Source: Candidatus Onthoplasma sp. (GTDB lineage: Bacteria; Bacillota; Clostridia; Christensenellales; UBA1242). Taken from it: a stretch of 64,000 bases of DNA. A model generated the notes under the pieces. That model did not search any database. It worked only from the letters and a program-made list of their open reading frames with translations, and was not told the origin of the DNA. Both the position numbers and the translations under genes were made by a program. The stretch lies in contig JBJETW010000009.1 of the NCBI GenBank assembly GCA_051883515.1, positions 421 through 64,420 of the forward strand, written 5' to 3'. Shown here piece by piece: positions 56,766 through 64,000 of the stretch (position 1 is its first letter; each line of letters begins with the position of its first letter).

Positions 56766-59462
56766 ATGGGATTGTTTTCATACTTGTTTGCATCAGACAA
56801 CAAAAGAAGTTTGATGAAAATTGAAAAAATTGTAAAATTGATAGAAGATAAAGCGGACTATTATGCAAAAATGAGCGATGATGAACTCAGTGGACAAACT
56901 CCGATTTTGAAAGATAGACTTAAAAATGGCGAAACATTAAATGATATTTTGCCAGACGCTTTTGCCGTGGTTAGAGAAGCATCAACACGTGTGCTTGGAC
57001 AACGTCATTTCCATGTTCAACTTATTGGTGGAGTTGTGCTTCACCAAGGTCGTATTGCCGAAATGAAAACAGGTGAAGGAAAAACTTTGACAGCAACAAC
57101 AGCAGTTTATTTGAACGCATTGACAGGAAAAAATGTTCATGTCATCACAGTAAACGAATACCTTGCAACATCTCAAGCAGAGATGATGGGAAAGTTGTAT
57201 AGATTCTTGGGACTTACAATTGGTGTCACTCTTTCAAATCAATCGCCAGAAGAAAAACACAAAGCGTACGAATGTGATATCACATACGGAACCAACAACG
57301 AATTTGGCTTTGATTATCTAAGAGATAACATGCAAGTTGAAAAGAAATACAAAGTTCAACGCGGACACAATTTCTGTATTGTGGACGAAGTTGACTCAAT
57401 TTTGATTGATGAAGCAAGAACTCCATTGATTATTTCAGGTGTCGGTGGGAAAATCAGCGAATTATATCAAGTTGCAGATAATTTTGCAAAGAGATTGGAA
57501 CAAACTGATGTTGACATTGACCAAAAAACTAAGCAAATTCGCTTGACTGAAACTGGTGTTGAAAAAGCGGAAAAATACTTCAAACTTGAAAACCTTTCAG
57601 ATATAGCAAATCTTGAAATTAACCATCATATCAACAATGCTTTGCGTGCAAATTTCATCATGAAAAGAGACATCAACTATATTATTAAGAATGATGAAGT
57701 TTTGATTGTTGATGAATTCACTGGACGTGTGATGGAAGGCAGAAGATATTCAGACGGATTGCACCAAGCAATTGAAGCAAAAGAGCATGTAAAAATCAAA
57801 GATGAAAACAAAACTCTTGCAACAATCACATTGCAAAATTATTTCAAATTGTATGACAAACTCAGCGGAATGACAGGAACAGCAAAAACAGAAGAGAGTG
57901 AATTTAACAAAATTTATAATCTTGATGTTGTGACAATTCCAACAAACAAACCAGTGCAAAGAGTTGACGAACAAGACATGATTTTCTTCACGGAAGATGC
58001 AAAATATAAGGCAATTGTTGAAGAAATTAAAGAAAAATATGAAAAAGGGCAACCAATTTTGGTGGGAACTGCGTCTGTTGAAAAATCAGAAAGAATCAGC
58101 AAAGATATCAAAAAACTTGGAATTCCTCACAATTTGTTGAATGCTAAAAATCACGAATTGGAAAGTCAAATCGTGGCGCAATCAGGAAGAGTAAAGAGTG
58201 TGACAATTGCAACAAACATGGCAGGACGTGGAACGGATATTTTGCTTGGCGGAAATCCTGAATTCCTCGCAAAACAAAAACTCCTTAATGAAAATGTTGA
58301 ACCTGCAGTGCTTGAAAAAATCACTTCATACAATGTAAATCTCACAGACGAAGAAAAGGTTTTAAAAGACAAATACGATAAATATTATGCAGATTTCAAA
58401 GCAATAACTGACGAAGAAAAGAAAAAGGTTATTGAACTTGGCGGACTTCATATTTTGGGAACAGAAAGACATGAATCAAGACGTATTGACAATCAGTTGC
58501 GTGGTCGTGCCGGACGTCAAGGCGACCCAGGTTCAAGCATATTCTTTATCTCACTTGAAGACGACCTTCCACAACGCTTTGGCGAAGATAGAATGAAAAA
58601 TTGGTTTTCACTTGCGTTTAGAGGGAACGAGGATATGCCTTTGCAATCTAAAATGCTCACTCATTTCTTTGAAACAGCACAAAAACGTGTTGAAGCAATG
58701 AACTTTAATGTTAGAAAGCACGTTGTTGAATATGACGATGTTCTTAACAAGCAAAGACAAATAATTTATTCAGAAAGAGATAAAGTTCTTGATGGAGTAG
58801 ACATTCACCCACAAATTCTTGAAATGTTGAAAGAGTATGTGTTTGAGTTGTGTTCAACATATCTTGACGAATCAAAACCAAGTTATGAATGGGATTTGGA
58901 ACCTTTAAACAAAGCACTTGAAGATAAAATTCTAGAAAAAGGAACAAATCTTGTGACGAAAGAACTTGTTGAAGATATGGATTTGAAGTCAGCAAGTCAA
59001 ACGATTTATGAAAAATTGCTAGAAATCTATGACGCAAAAGTCAACGAAGTCAAAAAGATTGGTTTGGATTTCTCAATCATTGAAAGAAACACACTTCTTA
59101 GAGTGGTTGATAAATTCTGGACAGACCACATTGACGCAATGAACACTTTAAGAAGTGAAATTGGAGTTTTGGGTTATGGACAAAAAGACCCTGTTGTGGC
59201 ATACAAAAACGAAGGTTTTGAGATGTTTGACAGAATGATAAGTGAAATCAGAGAATACACAGCATCATATTTGTTCAGAGCAAAGATAAAGATTAACGTT
59301 GTGCCATCTGCGCCAAAAGGTCCAGTTGCGATGGGAAATGTCAACAAAAGCGAAAACATGAGTGCAAGAAGCAATTCTTCACATATAGGAAGAAACGATT
59401 TGTGCCCATGTGGAAGCGGAAAGAAATACAAAAACTGTTGCATGCTTAAAGAAACAAAATAA
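56766..59462 (+). CDS. secA: Preprotein translocase ATPase SecA
   Basis: MKTGEGKTL Walker A, DEVDSILIDEARTPLIISG, and the C-terminal zinc finger CPCGSGKKYKNCC. Confidence 0.95.
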   Translation: MGLFSYLFASDNKRSLMKIEKIVKLIEDKADYYAKMSDDELSGQTPILKDRLKNGETLNDILPDAFAVVREASTRVLGQRHFHVQLIGGVVLHQGRIAEMKTGEGKTLTATTAVYLNALTGKNVHVITVNEYLATSQAEMMGKLYRFLGLTIGVTLSNQSPEEKHKAYECDITYGTNNEFGFDYLRDNMQVEKKYKVQRGHNFCIVDEVDSILIDEARTPLIISGVGGKISELYQVADNFAKRLEQTDVDIDQKTKQIRLTETGVEKAEKYFKLENLSDIANLEINHHINNALRANFIMKRDINYIIKNDEVLIVDEFTGRVMEGRRYSDGLHQAIEAKEHVKIKDENKTLATITLQNYFKLYDKLSGMTGTAKTEESEFNKIYNLDVVTIPTNKPVQRVDEQDMIFFTEDAKYKAIVEEIKEKYEKGQPILVGTASVEKSERISKDIKKLGIPHNLLNAKNHELESQIVAQSGRVKSVTIATNMAGRGTDILLGGNPEFLAKQKLLNENVEPAVLEKITSYNVNLTDEEKVLKDKYDKYYADFKAITDEEKKKVIELGGLHILGTERHESRRIDNQLRGRAGRQGDPGSSIFFISLEDDLPQRFGEDRMKNWFSLAFRGNEDMPLQSKMLTHFFETAQKRVEAMNFNVRKHVVEYDDVLNKQRQIIYSERDKVLDGVDIHPQILEMLKEYVFELCSTYLDESKPSYEWDLEPLNKALEDKILEKGTNLVTKELVEDMDLKSASQTIYEKLLEIYDAKVNEVKKIGLDFSIIERNTLLRVVDKFWTDHIDAMNTLRSEIGVLGYGQKDPVVAYKNEGFEMFDRMISEIREYTASYLFRAKIKINVVPSAPKGPVAMGNVNKSENMSARSNSSHIGRNDLCPCGSGKKYKNCCMLKETK

Positions 59463-59468
59463 AACAAT

Positions 59469-59495
59469 AGGAGTCACAAAGGTGATTCCTTTTTG
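59469..59495 (+). terminator. Rho-independent terminator after secA
   Basis: aggagtcac-aaag-gtgattcct hairpin (one G.U pair) plus T-run. Confidence 0.6.
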
Positions 59496-59550
59496 TTTTT
59501 ATCTACTTAAACTTAATGATAAAATTTTTAATATTGAGCATACTAAATGC

Positions 59551-60384
59551 ATGGAAAAATCTAAAAAAAAAGAAATTAAGAAAATAGAAAAATTTAAACG
59601 TAAAAATAAAATTGGTTTGTGTCTTAGCGGTGGTGGGACAAGAGGTTTTGCGTTTGTTGGAGCGTTCAAAGCGTTTGAAGAAAATGGGATTGAGTTTGAC
59701 GCTGTGTCTGGTTGCAGTGTTGGCAGTCTTTTTGCTGCACTATATGCATCAAAAATGAAAAGTGATGAAATTGTTGAAAAAACAAAAAATTTTAAAAATA
59801 AAGATTTCAGAAACTCAAAATTGGGTTTTTTGCCATCAAAAATGGATAATATGATAGAAAATTTAGAAAATCTTTTACCTATTAAACAAATTGGGGATTT
59901 AAAAATTCCATATTATGCAGTGGCGGTGGATTTAAGAACTGGCAGAGAAATTGATTTTTCTTCGGGGACATTATCTTCAATAATTGCCGGCAGTTGCTCG
60001 ATTCCGGGCGTGTTTTTCCCAGTTAAGTATAAGAAAATGGTTTTGATTGATGGTGGCGTTGCCAACAATGTCCCTGTTGATATTTTGAGAGATGAAGGTT
60101 GTGATTATGTTGTGACAATAGATTGCAATTCAACGCGTGGCGGAGGAACAAAAAGTGATAATTTGATTATTCAGTTTACAACCAGTGTGGGAATAATGAT
60201 GGCAAACAATTCAAAGAAAGGTTTGGAATTAAGTGATATTGTGATATCTCCAGACATGAAAGAATTTTCATCTTTAAAATTGGAAGGAAAAGAAAAAATG
60301 ATAAAAGAAGGATATAGGGCGACCACGGAAATGATGCCAGAGATAAAGAAATTATTTATGGGTAAATATAAGAAGAAAATGTGA
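59551..60384 (+). CDS. Patatin-like phospholipase
   Basis: GLCLSGGGTRGFAFVG oxyanion motif, GCSVGS (GxSxG) and DGG. The start is taken at MEKSKKK after the secA terminator. Confidence 0.85.
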   Translation: MEKSKKKEIKKIEKFKRKNKIGLCLSGGGTRGFAFVGAFKAFEENGIEFDAVSGCSVGSLFAALYASKMKSDEIVEKTKNFKNKDFRNSKLGFLPSKMDNMIENLENLLPIKQIGDLKIPYYAVAVDLRTGREIDFSSGTLSSIIAGSCSIPGVFFPVKYKKMVLIDGGVANNVPVDILRDEGCDYVVTIDCNSTRGGGTKSDNLIIQFTTSVGIMMANNSKKGLELSDIVISPDMKEFSSLKLEGKEKMIKEGYRATTEMMPEIKKLFMGKYKKKM

Positions 60385-60580
60385 AAATTTTACATAAAAA
60401 AACAAAATTCGCACAAAATAATAGTGCAAGATGAAAACTCACGAAAGTGACGATAGTCTTGCCAAAAGAGATAGCTCTATGCTCCAAAAAAGGTGTAATA
60501 TTCGATTTCACAAAAAGTTAATTGACGAAAAAAATCGTCCATAAAACCGGTGAATAATCCTAGATAATTTATGCCTTCGA

Positions 60581-60780
60581 GCGTAAAAAGCGTCTCTTTT
60601 TTTGGGGGTAGCGAGAAGGCAGATGGAGCGAAGCGGAATATGACGAGGGCGTAAAAAGCGTCTCTTTTTTTGTGAGCGAGAAGGCAGATGGAGCGAAGCG
60701 GAATATGACGAGGGCGTAAAAAGCGTCTCTTTTTTTGGGGTAGCGAGAAGGCAGATGGAGCGAAGCGGAATATGACGAGA
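60581..60780. repeat. Three tandem GC-rich direct repeats (68, 65 and 67 bp)
   Basis: Unit: gcgtaaaaagcgtctc-T7-g(g/t)g(gg)tagcgagaaggcagatggagcgaagcggaatatgacgag(g/a). Units start at 60581, 60649 and 60714. They differ only by small indels after the T7 tract. Confidence 0.9.
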
Positions 60781-60890
60781 GCAGAATGTTATTTTTAAAA
60801 TATGATGGAAAAATTTAAATTCTTGATTTTTCAATATTGACATTGAGAAATTTTTGTGATATTATCATCAAGAATAGAAGGTGAAAAGTT

Positions 60891-61220
60891 ATGGTGTATG
60901 AAGAGAAATTAAAAAAATTAAATGAAAGTCAAAAAGTTTTGGAAAGAATTAAAAGTTGGTCATCAAATAAAGATGTTTCTGAATGGACAGATGATGAAGT
61001 TGTGAAATTTTTAATCGAGAATAGAACTTTTATAGAAAATTTAGATTTGAGTTTGATTTCTGATGGAATTGCTAAAGAAACAATAAAAGATATCGGTAAA
61101 TTGCAAAAAGCTTTACAAAATGGCAGGTATAAGTTTTCTGCTTTGAAAAAATTGATTTGTGAAATCTTCCAAGGTATATTTTCTGAAAATTTGATAATAG
61201 AAAGATATAAAAAGTTTTAA
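60891..61220 (+). CDS. Hypothetical helical protein (109 aa)
   Basis: The upstream promoter is TTGACA-N17-TATTAT-like. AAGGTGA SD. A terminator hairpin follows. Confidence 0.55.
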   Translation: MVYEEKLKKLNESQKVLERIKSWSSNKDVSEWTDDEVVKFLIENRTFIENLDLSLISDGIAKETIKDIGKLQKALQNGRYKFSALKKLICEIFQGIFSENLIIERYKKF

Positions 61221-61247
61221 AACACAGAGAATCTGTGTTTTTTCTTT
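61220..61247 (+). terminator. Rho-independent terminator
   Basis: acacaga-gaa-tctgtgt hairpin plus T-run. Confidence 0.7.
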
Positions 61248-61320
61248 TCACTATAATCATTCAGTTTAAAATTATAACATCTATTTGTTTAAAAAATCTC
61301 AAATAACAATTTGATAACAA

Positions 61321-61351
61321 AAAAAACATTCCCAAACGGAAATGTTTTTTT
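61321..61351 (-). terminator. Terminator after rpsI
   Basis: cattccc-aaac-ggaaatg hairpin (one mismatch) flanked by A6 and T7. Confidence 0.6.
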
Positions 61352-61361
61352 GATATGCATA

Positions 61362-61805
61362 TTATCTCTTTGAGAATTGAGGAGCTTTACGAGCTTTGTG
61401 AAGACCGTATTTTTTACGTTCTTTCTTTCTTGCATCTCTTGTCACGAAACCTGCTTTTTTGAGTTCTTCTCTAAGTTCAGGTCTAAATTCAATCAATGCT
61501 CTTGTGATTCCGTGTCTCAAAGCACCTGCTTGGCCAGCTTTTCCGCCACCATAGATGTTTGCTTCAACATCAACACTTTCACCTGTTTCAGTGAGAACCA
61601 AAGGTTGTTTTGCAAGAGTGATAAGAGTGTCAAGGTCAAAATATTCATTAATATCTTGTCCATTTACTATGATTTTCCCTGTTCCTGTTGTTATGCGTAC
61701 GCGAGCAACTGAGCATTTTCTTTTTCCTGTTCCTTGAAATTGTTGAACTTTTGCAGTTTTCTTTGTTGCTTTTTTAACAACTTTCTTTTCTGTTGCTTCT
61801 GTCAT
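61362..61805 (-). CDS. rpsI: 30S ribosomal protein S9
   Basis: C-terminus [25 protein letters not shown], with a lysine-rich N-terminal extension. Confidence 0.95.
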   Translation of the reverse strand: MTEATEKKVVKKATKKTAKVQQFQGTGKRKCSVARVRITTGTGKIIVNGQDINEYFDLDTLITLAKQPLVLTETGESVDVEANIYGGGKAGQAGALRHGITRALIEFRPELREELKKAGFVTRDARKKERKKYGLHKARKAPQFSKR

Positions 61806-62242
61806 TAGATTTTACCTCCGTTCCAAACTTCTGGTTTTTGTGCTTGATTGTTGTGTTCTGCACCTTTGTAGATGTGAACATGAGTTGCCATTTTTCTTCC
61901 AAGACTATTTTTTGGAAGCATACCTTTGATTGCTCTCAAAAGTGCAACATCGCTTTGTTCAGCCATCATTTTCTTATATTGAATTTCTTTAAGTCCAGAT
62001 TGATATCCTGAATAACGTTTGAAATATTTTTGTTCTTCTTTTTTACCTGTTAAAACAAGTTTGTCGCTATTTAAAATAATAACATTGTCTCCGCAGTCAA
62101 CGTTTGGAGTGAAAGTTGGTTTGTGTTTTCCGCGAAGGATTGAAGCAGCTTCAGCAGCAACACGACCAAGAACTTTTCCATCAGCGTCAATGATATACCA
62201 TTTCTTTTCAACTGTGGACTCTTTTGCCATAATAGTTTTCAT
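61805..62242 (-). CDS. rplM: 50S ribosomal protein L13
   Basis: [51 protein letters not shown] before ATG 62242. The stop overlaps the rpsI start. Confidence 0.95.
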   Translation of the reverse strand: MKTIMAKESTVEKKWYIIDADGKVLGRVAAEAASILRGKHKPTFTPNVDCGDNVIILNSDKLVLTGKKEEQKYFKRYSGYQSGLKEIQYKKMMAEQSDVALLRAIKGMLPKNSLGRKMATHVHIYKGAEHNNQAQKPEVWNGGKI

Positions 62243-62378
62243 TTTTTTCTCCTTAAAATTTTTTGTGACCTTATTTCGCGTTCGGTCAGATGTCAAAGCG
62301 AAATGTCCCGTGTGGCAGGAAAAATCGCTCCAACGAGCAATACGTGTTAATTATAAGAAAATCTTTAAGTTTTGTCAA
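62243..62378 (-). promoter_or_regulatory. rplM promoter plus a structured leader of about 100 nt (candidate ribosomal protein L13 leader)
   Basis: On the minus strand: TTGACA (62373-62378), 17 nt, TATAAT (62350-62355). The leader contains ATTTCGC...GCGAAAT and other GC-rich pairings. Family identity was not verified. Confidence 0.5.
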
Positions 62379-62404
62379 TAGATTTTCAAAACATTTAAAT
62401 AAAA

Positions 62405-63127
62405 TTAATCTTGGTATTCGACGTTTAATAAGTAAAGAAATTCAGGTTTTGCGGTTGATGTTGCTTTGAAAGTGTTAAATAAGGTTGATTTTAGTTCTTT
62501 CAAGTCAAATTTACCTTCGCCAACCTTGAGCATTGTGCCAACAATATTTCTGACCATTTTGTATAGAAATCCGTTGCCGGTCACTGAGAAAATCAAATAA
62601 TTTCCACTGTGATATAATTTTGCTGAATAAATTGTTCTAATGGTCGTTTCTGTCGGGCTTCCACTTGATTGAAAACCTTTGAAGTCGTGAGTTCCTTTTA
62701 AAAGTGAACAAAATTTTTTCATTTTTTTCAAATCCAAATTTGGACTAATTTGCAAAGCATCGTCAAAAAGGGGTAAAGACACATTTGACTGATACATTTT
62801 ATAGACGTAAGTTTTCTTTTTTGCTGAAAATCTTGCGTGAAGATTTGTTTCAAACACATTTAGAATTTTGATTTCATTTGGAAGAATTCCGTTCATTGAG
62901 CGAATGAAGCTTTGAGTGTCAATTGGTTTTTCAACATCAAAATGAGCAGGTTGCAAAAACGCAGAGACGCCAGCATCTGTTCGACCACTTGCAACACAAG
63001 AGGATTTCTGTTTTGTGACAATTTCAATTGCTTTTTCTAATTCTTCTTGTATTGTGCGACCATTTTTTTGTTTTTGAAAGCCCGAAAACTTTCTGCCATC
63101 ATACGTTGTTAACATTAAATATCTCAT
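62405..63127 (-). CDS. truA: tRNA pseudouridine(38-40) synthase TruA
   Basis: TYDGRKFSGFQKQ and the catalytic SGRTDAGVSA motif. Synteny truA-rplM-rpsI. Confidence 0.9.
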   Translation of the reverse strand: MRYLMLTTYDGRKFSGFQKQKNGRTIQEELEKAIEIVTKQKSSCVASGRTDAGVSAFLQPAHFDVEKPIDTQSFIRSMNGILPNEIKILNVFETNLHARFSAKKKTYVYKMYQSNVSLPLFDDALQISPNLDLKKMKKFCSLLKGTHDFKGFQSSGSPTETTIRTIYSAKLYHSGNYLIFSVTGNGFLYKMVRNIVGTMLKVGEGKFDLKELKSTLFNTFKATSTAKPEFLYLLNVEYQD

Positions 63128-63241
63128 GTGATTATAATATCATTTATAAACTAGAAATGCAATAAAATGATATTTGTTTAATTGTTTTTTGTTGCTTAAA
63201 AATTTTGTTCAGTGTATAATAATTTTAAACTTGGGGGCATT

Positions 63242-64000
63242 ATGAAAAAAGTGACAATTGATGGGAATTACGCAGCAGCGAACATTGCTTATATGTTTAA
63301 CGATGCTGCTTTTATATATCCTATAACACCAAGTAGTCCAATGGCAGAAAATTGTGACCAATTTGTGTTTGATGGAAGAAAAAATATTTTTGGGAACAAA
63401 CTTATGCTTTCCCAAATGCAAAGCGAAGCAGGAGTTGCAGGGGCGGTTCATGGCAGTTTGATGGCGGGAGAAAAAACAACAACCTTCACTTCAAGTCAAG
63501 GACTGCTGTTGATGATACCGAATATGTATAAAATTGCTGGAGAAGGTTTACCTTGCGTGTTTTATGTTGCCGCTAGAAGTGTTGCGACACATGCTTTGTC
63601 AATTTTTTGCGACTATAGTGACATTTATGCATGTTTAAAAACTGGTTTCAACATAGTCAATTGTTCAACTGTGCAAGAAGTCAATGACATAGCGATTGCG
63701 TGTGAGTTGGCGAGCGTGAAAACTGGACTTCCTTACATTTGTTTCTTTGATGGTTTTAGGACAAGTCACGAGTTGTCAACAATTTATCAGACAGAACTTG
63801 AAGATATTTTGAAAATTGTAAATCCTATTTATTTCCAAGAGTTTAGGAATAGGGCGATGAACAATTGTGAACCATTTGCAAGCGGGACAAATCAAAATCC
63901 TGATGTATTTATGCAAAACAGAGTTCGTTCACTTGAAAAATATTCGCACGTGCTTGAAGATTTTGATTGGGCATTAAAAAAGCAACAAGAAATCACTGGA
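63242..64000 (+). CDS. nifJ: Pyruvate:ferredoxin (flavodoxin) oxidoreductase, 3' end cut by the window edge
   Basis: Translated by hand with no stops to nt 64000. IDGNYAAANIAYMFNDAAFIYPITPSSPMAE, QSEAGVAGAVHG and SSQGLLLMIPNMYKIAGE motifs. GGGGG SD and a TGTATAAT -10 upstream. Confidence 0.9.
   Translation, partial: MKKVTIDGNYAAANIAYMFNDAAFIYPITPSSPMAENCDQFVFDGRKNIFGNKLMLSQMQSEAGVAGAVHGSLMAGEKTTTFTSSQGLLLMIPNMYKIAGEGLPCVFYVAARSVATHALSIFCDYSDIYACLKTGFNIVNCSTVQEVNDIAIACELASVKTGLPYICFFDGFRTSHELSTIYQTELEDILKIVNPIYFQEFRNRAMNNCEPFASGTNQNPDVFMQNRVRSLEKYSHVLEDFDWALKKQQEITG

Noticed and set aside
59551-60384. Patatin-like phospholipase as a CBASS-type defence effector
   Set aside because: There is no cyclase/nucleotidyltransferase, no other CBASS component and no sensor domain. 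The size and motifs fit a housekeeping patatin-family protein.
60581-60780. Possible CRISPR array
   Set aside because: The units are contiguous copies of one 65-68-bp sequence with no unique spacers. There are only three units and no cas genes in the window.
60508-60843. 111-aa minus-strand ORF running through the tandem repeats
   Set aside because: It is open only because the repeats are GC-rich. The unit lengths (68/65/67) are not multiples of 3, so the repeat is read in different frames. It has no SD or promoter, and the peptide is low-complexity.
1-64000. Mollicutes-type genetic code (TGA = Trp)
   Set aside because: Long ORFs, including the 10.2-kb one, are intact under the standard code. 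Trp is encoded by TGG. TGA terminates well-delimited genes, for example in the ATGA couplings at 3125-3128.

Overview
AT-rich, standard-code (TGA is a stop, Trp is TGG) chromosomal segment that looks like a cell-walled, low-GC Bacillota-like organism. This rests on alr, an LTA-synthase-family gene, an M14 peptidase and a yabP-yabQ-divIC-like trio. Most of the window is housekeeping: tadA, rlmH, queH, alr, glyQS, rplI, leuS, phosphoketolase, archaeal-type aspS, a long RSH (rel), a P-type ATPase, gltX, secA, rpsI-rplM-truA and the start of a pyruvate:ferredoxin oxidoreductase. There are also tRNA-Asn(GTT), tRNA-Ser(GCT) and two canonical T-box leaders (glyQS, aspS). The accessory content is three large surface proteins (one a 3395-aa lipoprotein), a membrane protein with nine AT-hooks, a 1227-aa orphan membrane protein and several smaller orphans. 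I saw no integrase, transposase, CRISPR array or recognisable defence system, so I cannot name a complete novel multi-gene system here.

The observations I consider most worth follow-up are:
1. leuS has no T-box. It has a leaderless 11-codon leader ORF (MNIKVLALLLL*) followed by alternative hairpins and a terminator, which looks like a ribosome-mediated leucine attenuator.
2. At least eight ORFs start 5-7 nt after a near-consensus -35/-10 promoter with no Shine-Dalgarno, which implies widespread leaderless mRNAs.
3. A 48-bp duplication of the tRNA-Asn 3' end plus its terminator brackets a purine/GC-rich 139-bp insert.
4. Three tandem 65-68-bp GC-rich repeats sit in a 506-bp noncoding gap.
5. 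The AT-hook membrane protein.
6. The rel gene has a degenerate hydrolase domain.

All functional calls come from reading motifs by eye. No database search was run.
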